Assembly: GCA_964639595.1 (NCBI GenBank) | Contig: CAZXEC010000002.1 | Span: 13,621-74,868 of the forward strand | Direction of reading: 5' to 3' | DNA from: an uncultured Gammaproteobacteria bacterium | Lineage (GTDB): Bacteria; Patescibacteriota; Microgenomatia; CAZXEC01 | DNA: 61,248 bases | In this document: positions 19,840 to 29,378 of the stretch, piece after piece | How the letters are laid out: each line of letters starts with the position of its first letter | Numbering within the stretch: the first letter of the stretch is position 1 | Position numbers and translations under genes: made by a program | Notes under the pieces: model-generated | What the model was told of the DNA's origin: nothing | The model's input: the letters and a program-made list of their open reading frames with translations, nothing else | Database searches by the model: none

Positions 19840-21018
19840 ATGATGCTTGCTAAAAGACATCCTTGGCCTGTCGAAGCATTTGGCCAAAATATCCATCGAT
19901 TGGTTGGTTTATACGAAGCTGGTCTGGCTCAATTTACCAGTGAGCCGGATATGGCAGCTTTAGGCGAATCTATTGCCCAAGGCAGGCTGGGATTAAGTTT
20001 GCTGGAGGAGGGCTACCGGCAAAACCTGGGTGAACTTGAACAACAAAAAAGACCGGTGGTGGAGGCTCTGCAACAACTGGAGCAAGAGGGGCATGATTGG
20101 CAAATCAGGATTGAGTCAATTGGCCGTAGCACTTCCATTAAAACAGGCGATGCGGGCTTGCTCCTTGACAGATTGCGAGTTGAACTTTATCGCTTAAAAC
20201 AAAAACAGCAGTTGTCTTGGTTGGGTCAGGTGCTGACTAGACTAATTGGAACCAAGCCGGTTCACCCCAAGCTGGCTGCCTTGAGCGCGATGCAGGCAGA
20301 TCAAGAACAACTCAAAACAGCTCTGGATGACAGGCAGAAACAGTTGGCAGATAAATTTGTGGTCGACAGGATAGAAAAAAGGCGATTTTTGGATCAAAGG
20401 GAAGGCAAATTTTGGCAGCAACTTCACCAGTGGAGCATACAGGATCCAGAACGGTTGGTGGTTCATTTGGCTTTCTACAGGCAACCTGCGATTGAGATTT
20501 TTTGGAGAGCCAATGCCGCAAATGCAGCTGCCAGAAGTCAATTTCTAGAGTTGGCCCTGTCCTGCAGAGTCATTTCTGCTGGCGAATACCAGAAATGGCT
20601 GCAATCTACAGAACATGTTCGAGAAAATACGGCAAAAGCCAGAGAAATGCTTGCCCAAGAAATTGCCAGGGTAGAGGGTGAGCTAGAATTGCCCATGCCG
20701 GTGATAGTTGGAGTTGATACAATGACCACCCGAGGTCAATTGACAGCTAGCATTAAACATCTCAAAAAAGATCTATCTGGGGAAAATGTCAAAAGATTAA
20801 CTGATAAGATATATCATGCTTTGTCTGCTCTGGCGCTTGATTTACCATATCGTGATTTAACTCGATTATTTGCCCAAGACATGATTGACAGATTGGGCGG
20901 GAATTACAGGTTAAGAGTCGGAACTTTGAGAGTAATATTAAACCGGGTTAGTTATGATGGTAAACAGGCAATTGAAATCATCAGTGTATTAAATAGGAAT
21001 AATCCCAACTATTATTAA
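19840..21018 (+). CDS. Coiled-coil protein with a C-terminal RelE/ParE-like domain
   Basis: Long Q/E/L-rich helices; C-terminal NYRLRVGTLRVIL...IEIISVLNR; start uncertain. Confidence 0.65.
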   Translation: MMLAKRHPWPVEAFGQNIHRLVGLYEAGLAQFTSEPDMAALGESIAQGRLGLSLLEEGYRQNLGELEQQKRPVVEALQQLEQEGHDWQIRIESIGRSTSIKTGDAGLLLDRLRVELYRLKQKQQLSWLGQVLTRLIGTKPVHPKLAALSAMQADQEQLKTALDDRQKQLADKFVVDRIEKRRFLDQREGKFWQQLHQWSIQDPERLVVHLAFYRQPAIEIFWRANAANAAARSQFLELALSCRVISAGEYQKWLQSTEHVRENTAKAREMLAQEIARVEGELELPMPVIVGVDTMTTRGQLTASIKHLKKDLSGENVKRLTDKIYHALSALALDLPYRDLTRLFAQDMIDRLGGNYRLRVGTLRVILNRVSYDGKQAIEIISVLNRNNPNYY

Positions 21019-21082
21019 CAAAGCGAGGCTTTTCTTGGTTTTTACTGGAACGCATCAATAATAACTGCAGTTCCCCCATTGG

Positions 21083-21859
21083 CTATCGTTGTGCTGTTCC
21101 TATTTTTTTTGCCAGCCAGCTTTGGTTGACTGCCATAACCCGAATCAAATAAGGCAACTGGCCGGTTTGAAATTGATGTTTATATTGGGAAAATAAAGTG
21201 TTGAGTTGTTCTGAAGCAGAGTTACTGGTAAGCATTAGAATAGTTGGCTCAACACCGTATATGGCTGTCAATTCCAGAGTTGCCGCCACCGAAGCTGACA
21301 AGTAAGCTGACATGCTAGAATACAGCTCTTCTTTAGTGGAACCACTGGCGTGATTGATCCAGCCGCTTTCTAAGTCTATCCACCAGTTGCCAGCTCCCTG
21401 CACACCTCGATTGCCAATTTGCGGATCAATGAAGATAAATGCCATAGTTTGCTGGGGCTTGCCGTTTTTAGCCAGCCATTCTACCAAGGCTGGTTGGTTG
21501 ACCAATAGGCGCATTTGGTCTGACGGTTGATAAAAAAAGATGTTTTCTATAATCCGTAATCGGTTGAAATTATCTGTGATAATGTCGGAATTGGCCTCAA
21601 ATACCGGATTGGGCTGGGTAGCAGGAGCTGAAGCAGATTCTCTGGCTTGAGCGGTGTTGAGGAATTGGTATAGGCGGGTACCACCAATACCAATCAAGCC
21701 GAGCAAGAGAGTCAATTCACCAGCTCTTAGCATGGTCTTGAGCCTAGCGTTGGGTGGCGAAGCCGGTTTTTGCTCAAGCTGCCTCGACAGGTCCAGTAGT
21801 ATTCTGACTACTGCCTGCTCCAAAAAACTAGCATCAGTTGTAGGGCTTTCTTTCAACAT
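21083..21859 (-). CDS. Hypothetical single-TM protein
   Basis: TM segment LTLLLGLIGIGG; 258 aa. Confidence 0.65.
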   Translation of the reverse strand: MLKESPTTDASFLEQAVVRILLDLSRQLEQKPASPPNARLKTMLRAGELTLLLGLIGIGGTRLYQFLNTAQARESASAPATQPNPVFEANSDIITDNFNRLRIIENIFFYQPSDQMRLLVNQPALVEWLAKNGKPQQTMAFIFIDPQIGNRGVQGAGNWWIDLESGWINHASGSTKEELYSSMSAYLSASVAATLELTAIYGVEPTILMLTSNSASEQLNTLFSQYKHQFQTGQLPYLIRVMAVNQSWLAKKIGTAQR

Positions 21860-21894
21860 GCTCCTCCTTGCCTGTGATGATTCAACTTGGGGTT

Positions 21895-22827
21895 TTAGGC
21901 TCGAATATCAACTTTAATGCCTGGCCCCATGGTGCAGTTGACAACTAGTTTCCTGATCGAGCTGGGACCTAAGGCCCTGATCAAAGCTTTCAGATTGTCT
22001 GATAAATTAGCTTCAGGTGAAGATACCCGGCCAATAATGGTATGGACCAGCGGGGCTTTTTCTTCTGTTTTGATCTCCATTTGACCGGCAGCAAAATCAG
22101 CCAGGGTTTTATCTAGGTTGGTGGTGACTGTGCCAGATTTAGGGTTGGGCATCAATCCTTTTGGTCCCAGGATTTTGGCAACTTTAGCCAGTTTTGGCAT
22201 CCATTCTGGAGTGGCAATAACTACCTGGAAGTCTTTTTGCGGTTGCAGTTGGCCACTGATGATGTTTTCAAGAGTTTGATCAGTACCGACGATCAATTGC
22301 TGACCGTTAGCTTGTGGCTGCCCTTTGATGTGAGAGCTCAAGGTGGCAGACTGACTGTCAGGGAAGATCAGTATTTTTCTTACCTTTCCGGTGGGGTGGG
22401 GGAGAACGAGAGTTGCCCTAAAACCAGAGTTAGCGACAACCGCGTGTACTTCAATAGTCCCGTCAAATTTAACAAAAGCAGTCTCGCAAGCCAGCGTAAT
22501 TGCTTCATCTATAGGATATAATTTCTCTCGATCTACTTTAGATATCGAGTTTTGGTAATTTTTGCCACGGACGTGCTCTTTTTGAAACTTTTTTTTACTC
22601 TTCTTTTCTTTTTTATGGCTTTCTTGAGCAGTTTTTTGCTCACCAGTTTTTTCTAGTTTTTTTGGTTTTTTACTAATTTTTTGATCTTTTGCCGATTCAA
22701 CAGGCGTAGTTTCCTGTTTTACTACAGGTTTCTCCTTACTGTCTATTCTGGTTCTTTTCTTGGAGACTTTTTTGACAGTAGATGCTACCGTTGAGTCGTC
22801 AATTATTTTAACTCGTGGTCTTCCCAT
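21895..22827 (-). CDS. rplA: 50S ribosomal protein L1 with a Lys-rich N-terminal extension
   Basis: LGPKGLMPNPKSGTVT, HTIIGRVS, CTMGPGIKVD. Confidence 0.96.
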   Translation of the reverse strand: MGRPRVKIIDDSTVASTVKKVSKKRTRIDSKEKPVVKQETTPVESAKDQKISKKPKKLEKTGEQKTAQESHKKEKKSKKKFQKEHVRGKNYQNSISKVDREKLYPIDEAITLACETAFVKFDGTIEVHAVVANSGFRATLVLPHPTGKVRKILIFPDSQSATLSSHIKGQPQANGQQLIVGTDQTLENIISGQLQPQKDFQVVIATPEWMPKLAKVAKILGPKGLMPNPKSGTVTTNLDKTLADFAAGQMEIKTEEKAPLVHTIIGRVSSPEANLSDNLKALIRALGPSSIRKLVVNCTMGPGIKVDIRA

Positions 22828-22957
22828 AAATATGTGGTATTGGCGTCTTTTATGACTCCCACGTCAGATATATTACAATATTGGGCAATGGAAAATCAAG
22901 TAAGTGTATTAAAGACATTGCCATTGCCTCGCAAGGCAGGCCTTACGAGGCTAAATA

Positions 22958-23025
22958 ACCACACAAGGTAGCCACACAAGGTAGCCACACAAGGCGTCCC
23001 CTTGCGTGGCTAACCTTGCGTAGCA
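22958..23025. repeat. Tandem 13-mers (CCACACAAGGTAG) merging into a family D palindrome
   Basis: Read directly from the sequence. Confidence 0.8.
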
Positions 23026-23175
23026 ACATCTTTAAACATCTTGGACGGACTAAGATTAAAAACACCTGACAATTTTTAGAAGAACTGTTGGATTTTTAAG
23101 GAAGTATACCAGGAAGTATACCGTGATGGGAAAATAAAAAAAGTTGACCCTTTAACCTATAGTGGGTATAATGAT

Positions 23176-24471
23176 TTGGTTATGACAGAAAAAGAAGACC
23201 GATATCAACGGAAAAACTGGACAGAAGTAAAGGTTGATAATTTGGGCTCAAGATTTGTCAGGATGGGGGGTTTAGAAAAAGACAGATTTGAACTTTCCAC
23301 TCCTGTTACTAGATTTTTAACCAAAGCTTTGGAGCTTGGAGTGCATCTTAAGACTCCCCAGGTAAAGCAATTAACTCCATCGGTTTGGGAAAGGATGGTG
23401 GATATGGTGGTTTTATACGCTTTTGGAAAAAATGATCGACAAAATGAGCCCTTGGAAAGAAAGTTCAGTATGGCAGAGATAGGGAAAATTCTGCCCGCTA
23501 GAGAAGGTTACTTAACCCGTGAACGCGTTAACCAGTTGATCAAAAAGGGGCTGATTTATTTATACCAAAATTCTCCAGATGACCTAAAGCAACAATACCC
23601 GGATTTATTAGATCAAGTGGAGAGAGAACATGATTTTATGGTAAGGCCAAGAGGGGCAACCAGGGCTGTTGCAGGAGTAGTTTTGACAGGAACAACCCAT
23701 CAGAATCTTATCAGTCGGGGGTTTTCTGGACAATATCTGGAAATTGCTCGCAAAATCCTGGCGGAGTATGATTTATCTGTGCCGTACAAGGAAGGAACGA
23801 ACAAATATAAAAAGCTGGTTGAAGACCTTAAAGCTTTGACGGGTCAGGAAGAAAAAGAGCAGATTAAGCAAATTTTGGACAGCATAAATCGTTACTTTTA
23901 TCAAAGGTATAGAGAGGAATTTGAAACCTATTGTCTAACTATTGCAGATCTTTGCCAAAAAGCAGGATTACATCGTAGTTTGAAAAAAGGCCACCATGGT
24001 CTGGTACTGGCGGTTTTAGATGATTTAGGTATTGCTTACGGTGAGATAGCGATTAGAATGAAATCACGTAAACAAAAAGGATCAGGTCGTATCAACTTTA
24101 TACTGGCTGTTTGTGAGCAACAGGCCATAGCCCGATTAACAGAGGATGAAAGATTGAAACCTTTGATGGAAAGCCCAATCAGCCAAATTAGCGGTCAAAA
24201 GCGAGACCAGCTTCCCACTACCGAGCAATTAGAAGGTAAAAAAGGATATGAGAGTGTGGGAGTATTCTTAAAAGAGTTGGGTCTGCCGGCAATTGGAGGA
24301 AGAAACAGAATAACAGCTCAACAGTGGTTGGATGGTTGTCCTGTAGCTGTTTTTATTAGAAGAAGTGGTAGGAATAGGAACCACTATTATCCTACAGATC
24401 AAAAGGGGCAGCTTGAATCTTTTTTCAAGAGCAGATATCAACAATTAAGAGGTGACCTTAACCCCCATTGA
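23176..24471 (+). CDS. Hypothetical protein with a sigma70-r4-like HTH
   Basis: [10 protein letters not shown]...[13 protein letters not shown]; converges on and overlaps the rplK 3' end. Confidence 0.65.
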   Translation: MVMTEKEDRYQRKNWTEVKVDNLGSRFVRMGGLEKDRFELSTPVTRFLTKALELGVHLKTPQVKQLTPSVWERMVDMVVLYAFGKNDRQNEPLERKFSMAEIGKILPAREGYLTRERVNQLIKKGLIYLYQNSPDDLKQQYPDLLDQVEREHDFMVRPRGATRAVAGVVLTGTTHQNLISRGFSGQYLEIARKILAEYDLSVPYKEGTNKYKKLVEDLKALTGQEEKEQIKQILDSINRYFYQRYREEFETYCLTIADLCQKAGLHRSLKKGHHGLVLAVLDDLGIAYGEIAIRMKSRKQKGSGRINFILAVCEQQAIARLTEDERLKPLMESPISQISGQKRDQLPTTEQLEGKKGYESVGVFLKELGLPAIGGRNRITAQQWLDGCPVAVFIRRSGRNRNHYYPTDQKGQLESFFKSRYQQLRGDLNPH

Positions 24472-24873
24472 TCTGGCTGTACCTTCCACAATCTTCATGG
24501 CAGCTTCAACATTTTGGGTATTGAAATCCGGCAGTTTGCGCTCGGCAATTTGACGAACCTGATTTTGAGTGAGCGTTCCGACACTTTCCCGGCCAGCCTT
24601 GCCAGATCCTTTGTCGATGCCTAGAGTTTTTTTAATTAGCTCTGCCACCGGCGGCTGTTTAACAATAAAAGAAAAAGTCCGATCTTCATAAGCCGTGATC
24701 ACCACCGGCAGAATAATGCCTTTTTGGTCAGTGGTTTTATCGTTGAAAGCCCGCACAAAATCCATAATGGGCAAGCCGTGCTGTCCCAGGGCCGGGCCAA
24801 CCGGCGGAGCTGGAGTAGCCTCGCCTGCCGGCACATTCAGTTTTATTATTGTTTTTACCTTCTTAATTGCCAT
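24445..24873 (-). CDS. rplK: 50S ribosomal protein L11
   Basis: [25 protein letters not shown]; start reassigned to MAIKK. Confidence 0.97.
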   Translation of the reverse strand: MAIKKVKTIIKLNVPAGEATPAPPVGPALGQHGLPIMDFVRAFNDKTTDQKGIILPVVITAYEDRTFSFIVKQPPVAELIKKTLGIDKGSGKAGRESVGTLTQNQVRQIAERKLPDFNTQNVEAAMKIVEGTARSMGVKVTS

Positions 24874-24955
24874 AAAATAAATAGAAAACAATCCATATCA
24901 TCAACCTACCTTAAATTTTTAAATTTAATTATAATAGATATGGTTTTCTTAAAAA

Positions 24956-25696
24956 TTATAATTTTGTCACTTGCAAAAAATCCAGCTCTACCGGTGTCTC
25001 GCGCCCAAAAATTGATACCAATACTACCACTTTACCGCGTTCATCGTTAATTTTATCAATGGTGCCCAAAAAATCGGCAAACGGCCCATCAGCGATTTTG
25101 ACTGCTTCGCCAACAGAAAAGGAAGTTTTATATCGGGGAGCTTCCATATTCATAAATTTCTGGATGGCAACCACTTCGCGCTCTTCCAGGGGGGTGGGCT
25201 TGTTTCCGGCGCCGACAAACGAGGTTACCCCTTGGGTGGAACGGACCGTGAGCCAGGTGGTATCATCCAGGATCATCTTGACCAGGATGTAACCGGGGAA
25301 AATTTTTTCTTTGACAGTGGCTTTTTTACCTTCTCTGATCTCAATTTTATCTTGGGTGGGAACTAAAATCTCGACAATTTTATTTTCCAGTCCGGCAGAA
25401 GCTGCTCTTTGCTTGAGAGTTTGGGCTACTTTGGCCTCATGTCCGGAGTAGGTGTGGACTACATACCATTTGGCGCCAGTGCTATCATCCCCGACTAGCC
25501 GGCGCTTTGGCTTATCTGGTGTCTCATCTGATGTCGGTTGGCCGCCTTCATTGCTTGTTTCTGATTGGATTTCGCTTGGAACATCTGTCTGGCTGGACTG
25601 TCTGACAACAACATCAGCCGCAGGCTGGCTATCAGTCTGGTTCGTTGATTGCTGATTTTGATTTGTCAGATCGCTGGTTTGGTCATCCATAGCCAT
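24956..25696 (-). CDS. nusG: Transcription termination/antitermination factor NusG
   Basis: WYVVHTYSGHE, IFPGYILV, SIFGRETPVEL; acidic N-terminal extension. Confidence 0.96.
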   Translation of the reverse strand: MAMDDQTSDLTNQNQQSTNQTDSQPAADVVVRQSSQTDVPSEIQSETSNEGGQPTSDETPDKPKRRLVGDDSTGAKWYVVHTYSGHEAKVAQTLKQRAASAGLENKIVEILVPTQDKIEIREGKKATVKEKIFPGYILVKMILDDTTWLTVRSTQGVTSFVGAGNKPTPLEEREVVAIQKFMNMEAPRYKTSFSVGEAVKIADGPFADFLGTIDKINDERGKVVVLVSIFGRETPVELDFLQVTKL

Positions 25697-25697
25697 C

Positions 25698-25928
25698 TCA
25701 CTTCCTGATGATTACTTCTAATATTTTGGTCAACCCAAAGTCAAGAATGCCAATAAAAAAGCCTAATAATAGGCTTACAGATATGACAAGCATTGTCAAA
25801 TTGATGGCTGTTTGGCGGTTGGGCCAGACAACCTTGGATAATTCTACGCTAACTTCCTTCAAAAAATCAAGTGGACTTGCCATAAACTTACTTTTTGGCT
25901 CAAAAGATGTCTTTACTTGCTCTTGCAA
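25698..25928 (-). CDS. secE: Preprotein translocase subunit SecE
   Basis: FLKEVSVELSKVVWP plus TM; directly upstream of nusG. Confidence 0.93.
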   Translation of the reverse strand: MQEQVKTSFEPKSKFMASPLDFLKEVSVELSKVVWPNRQTAINLTMLVISVSLLLGFFIGILDFGLTKILEVIIRK

Positions 25929-26016
25929 GTGGTGTTATCATAACATACAGCAGGCACACAAGACAAGAAAGCCAAACCTTGTCTTTAGTGCCTTTAATTG
26001 GGGTTTTAACCAGTTT

Positions 26017-26892
26017 ATGAGTAGAATTAGAAAAGCTGTTATTCTAGCTGCAGGATATGGCACGCGCTTTTTGCCAGCCACTAAAGCCATGCCCAAAGAA
26101 ATGCTGCCGATTGTTGATAAGCCGGCTATCCAATATGTGGTGGAGGAGGCGGTAGCGGCAGGATGTGGCGATATTATTATTGTGACCGGCTGGCACAAAA
26201 GAGCTATTGAAGACCACTTTGACTATCCATATGAATTGGAACATCGCCTCCTGCAATCCGGCAAAAAGGGCGAATTTGAGCTAATGCGGAAAATCTCTGA
26301 CATGGCTAATTTTATCTATGTCAGGCAAAAAGAAACCTTGGGAGATGGCCATGCAGTGCTATCGGCTGCCCACCTGGTGGCAGGAGAGCCGTTTTTAGTT
26401 TTAGCAGCAGATGAGCTGTTTGACAATCCAGTTTTACCAGCACAACAACTAGTGGAGACATTTAATAAGTTCAAAGAACCGGTAGTAGGAGTTTTTCAGG
26501 TAGATAAGCAGAATATTTCCCGATATGGTGTGGTTGATGGCAAACCGATTGGCGATAGGATGTATAGTGTTTCTTCAATGGTAGAAAAACCGCCGGCAGA
26601 CCAGGCGCCTTCCAATCTGGCAGTGCTACTCAAATACATTGTGACGCCAAAAATGATGGACAGCCTCAAAAAGGCCAAGCCATCAATAGGTGGAGAAATT
26701 AGGCTGATTGACGGAGCAATTGATTATCTGTTGTCGGGAGGTAGAATTTACGCCAGGGAAGTGGAGGGCACATTTTATGACATCGGATCAAAATTAGGCT
26801 TCTTGAAAGCAACTATTAATTTTGGCTTAAAACACGAAGAGCTGGCTGATGATTTTAGGCGGTATTTGAAAGAAAAAAGCACTGAACTGTAG
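26017..26892 (+). CDS. galU: UTP--glucose-1-phosphate uridylyltransferase
   Basis: AVILAAGYGTRFLPATKAMPKEMLP, VEKP; start reassigned to ATG 26017. Confidence 0.95.
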   Translation: MSRIRKAVILAAGYGTRFLPATKAMPKEMLPIVDKPAIQYVVEEAVAAGCGDIIIVTGWHKRAIEDHFDYPYELEHRLLQSGKKGEFELMRKISDMANFIYVRQKETLGDGHAVLSAAHLVAGEPFLVLAADELFDNPVLPAQQLVETFNKFKEPVVGVFQVDKQNISRYGVVDGKPIGDRMYSVSSMVEKPPADQAPSNLAVLLKYIVTPKMMDSLKKAKPSIGGEIRLIDGAIDYLLSGGRIYAREVEGTFYDIGSKLGFLKATINFGLKHEELADDFRRYLKEKSTEL

Positions 26893-26952
26893 CTGTTTGT
26901 CTGCCCCGTTCGTTTTATCCTTGATTACTCATCATTAATTTTTTAAGAAGAC

Positions 26953-27357
26953 ATGGTTTCTAAAAAATTCAAAAGACATCTGGCTATTTTTACCGGCGAT
27001 ACCATTGATAAAATCTTATCCGGACAAAAAACTATTGAATCCCGCTTCTCCAGGCAAAAGATCGCCCCTTTTGGACAAGTTGCCAAGGGCGATTTGATTT
27101 TAATGAAACAATCTGGTGGAAAATTAAGAGGACAATTTTTGGTTGATAAGACAATCTTTTTTGATCATCCTAGCACTCAAGATGTACAATTGATAAAGAA
27201 TAAATATGCCCAGGAAATTGCCGTTGACGAAAAATTTTGGCTGCGTCATGAGGGAGCTTGTTACATAACTTTGATATTTATTACCCACCCCACAGCTTTT
27301 TTGGTTGAGCCTTTTAAAATCCCCAAAAAAGACCTGCGGGGTTGGGTGGTGTTATAA
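26953..27357 (+). CDS. ASCH/PUA-like domain protein
   Basis: DKILSGQKTIESR...GDLI. Confidence 0.8.
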   Translation: MVSKKFKRHLAIFTGDTIDKILSGQKTIESRFSRQKIAPFGQVAKGDLILMKQSGGKLRGQFLVDKTIFFDHPSTQDVQLIKNKYAQEIAVDEKFWLRHEGACYITLIFITHPTAFLVEPFKIPKKDLRGWVVL

Positions 27358-27381
27358 GTTTGAAGAAGTTGACGCTGGCCT

Positions 27382-29274
27382 TTAATTTTTCTTTCTGGTT
27401 GCGGCATAGGCTATTCCAATAACCATCCAAAAGGTGACGGAATAGTCATTCTTAAAATACAAAGTATCAATAGTGGAATGAACCATAAAAGCAATTAGGG
27501 CGGCAGCTAAAACTAAGCTGACTGCTGACCCCGATTTGATCCCGATTGAATCGGGATTGATCGGGGCTGACTGCTGACTGCTGACTGCTTTTTGCCAGAA
27601 TATCAATAAGATCAACAGAAATCCCACGAAGCCTAAAATACCCAACTGCAGCCACCAGTCCAGATAGGTGTTATGCGACAATAGGGGAGTTTGCTCCGGC
27701 ACCCAGTCCGGTACATACTGCCCATAAACCGGGGTGAAATTAGCCAAGCCGACACCAAAAAACGGCTGGTCGCGGATTACATTTATGGCAGTTTGATACA
27801 TGCCAATCCTGGTTACCAAGGAGCTATGTTGTGATACCAAGTTGGCAAAACGTGGTCCTTGCCAAAACAGGATGGCGCTGGCAGCAAGGCCAATTATTAC
27901 AAAAGCGGATGTTAGCAGTCTTGTTGGCGGATTGATGATCTTAATCAGTAAGAATAATGCTGCGGCAGCCAAGCCCAACAGGGTGCCTAAGGATGAAGTT
28001 AGAATGATAGTGAGCATTAGGGCGCTAAACGAGCCAAACAGTAAAGCGTAAAGCGTAAAGCGTAAAGCGTAATTATCTTGACGCTTGAAAATTAAGTAAC
28101 ATAGCAGGCCGGCACAGAAGATTAAGCCGTATTGCAAATAGGAAGCCAAATAATTAGGGTTGCCGAAAAAAGACGGGGACAGAGTCAAAGTAAAGTCAAC
28201 AAAGCCGTCACCGCCCAGGTATTGCCACAGAGACCAAATGGCAATTACGGTGGCGGATATGGTGTATGTGGCTAGCATTCTCCAGACCATTTTTGTTTTG
28301 TCTTGAACTTGATCGGAAGCTAGCAGCAGGGCGGCATAAAATAAAATGGGATCGATGACAAAAGCCTTGGCCCAACCCAGGGCTTCGGTTTTGTTAGGAC
28401 TAGTCGATATTCCTATTATCGTTCCAGCTAAAATTAAAAAAATAGACAAATTCATGATCTTGTGTTGAAAGATACGGAAGCTGGAGAAATTAGTAGAAAT
28501 TGACCGCCAGAAGACCAGGAGGATGGCTACTTCCAATAGGGTAGAAGGAATGCCAACAACATAAAATCGAACCAGAAAAGTGGGCAAAAAGAGTGGAATT
28601 AAAATGATGCTCCAAGTAAGATTGGTCAAACTAAGGTAGAAAAAGATGGCAATTAGTGTGGCCAAAATGGCCAGTTGGGCTGTGTCAAAGACATATTGTT
28701 GCGGCAGATAATTGGCAAATTGGGCAATCGGCACAATGCCGGAAACTTCCTGCTCATGGTCAGAAAACTGTTGGGTTCTGACCTGTCCCGGAGCAACTGT
28801 CAATTGGTGTTTTTCCAGCTCTGTCAACTGTTCTTGAGATAGATAGCCTTTCTTGCCCAAATTTTGCTTGTCCCAAAACAGTGTAGCGGGAATGTGGTAT
28901 TTTTTAATAATAGGCAGGGCGCCAGTCGCGATTTCTTCGTAGCCGTCCCTAAAAGTAACAAGAACTGCACGGGCAGGGGCAGGTGATTCTCCAGCAGTAA
29001 TTTTTTGATATGTTGCTATATCTATAATCTCATATTGATTGCTTTTGAGATAGTTAATTTGTTGGTCAAAATGAGCCGGCGCTACATGGCGATAACGGGT
29101 AGAAAAATCAGCATTTTGGTCAACGTCCCGGATCAATCCATAGGATAAGATTGTAATTTGACTGACATGGCGGACGTTCAATAGTTTTTTAATCGGCGGC
29201 AGTTGATTGGCCCAGCCTGATAATAGAAAAAAAAGTAATCCCACCAGGCCAGATAGAGCCAGCTTTTTTATCAC
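27382..29274 (-). CDS. Fusion of a degenerate polysaccharide-deacetylase-like domain and an O-antigen ligase-like (Wzy_C) domain
   Basis: VLVTFRDGY and PATLF, then ~11 TM, FGNPNYLA, R-x3-Y, PFFGVGLANF, HNTYL. Confidence 0.82.
   Translation of the reverse strand: MIKKLALSGLVGLLFFLLSGWANQLPPIKKLLNVRHVSQITILSYGLIRDVDQNADFSTRYRHVAPAHFDQQINYLKSNQYEIIDIATYQKITAGESPAPARAVLVTFRDGYEEIATGALPIIKKYHIPATLFWDKQNLGKKGYLSQEQLTELEKHQLTVAPGQVRTQQFSDHEQEVSGIVPIAQFANYLPQQYVFDTAQLAILATLIAIFFYLSLTNLTWSIILIPLFLPTFLVRFYVVGIPSTLLEVAILLVFWRSISTNFSSFRIFQHKIMNLSIFLILAGTIIGISTSPNKTEALGWAKAFVIDPILFYAALLLASDQVQDKTKMVWRMLATYTISATVIAIWSLWQYLGGDGFVDFTLTLSPSFFGNPNYLASYLQYGLIFCAGLLCYLIFKRQDNYALRFTLYALLFGSFSALMLTIILTSSLGTLLGLAAAALFLLIKIINPPTRLLTSAFVIIGLAASAILFWQGPRFANLVSQHSSLVTRIGMYQTAINVIRDQPFFGVGLANFTPVYGQYVPDWVPEQTPLLSHNTYLDWWLQLGILGFVGFLLILLIFWQKAVSSQQSAPINPDSIGIKSGSAVSLVLAAALIAFMVHSTIDTLYFKNDYSVTFWMVIGIAYAATRKKN
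27529..27566. mobile_element. Nested double family A palindrome inside the CDS (42 bp, in frame)
   Basis: ctga|CCCCGAT ttga|TCCCGATTGAATCGGGA|ttga TCGGGG|ctga. Confidence 0.9.
28042..28069. repeat. (TAAAGCG)x4 heptamer tract inside the CDS
   Basis: Four perfect units; encodes YALRFTLYAL. Confidence 0.9.
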
Positions 29275-29378
29275 TCACATATCATACAATTTAAATGTCA
29301 AATTTCAAAATCCATTGGTAGTTTTTTCGGTTTTGCCTCTTGTTATCTGCTGGGATCATGTTATATAAATTTTAACAA

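Noticed and set aside
25708-26016. N-terminal extension of galU
   Set aside because: It overlaps secE antisense; homology starts at ATG 26017.
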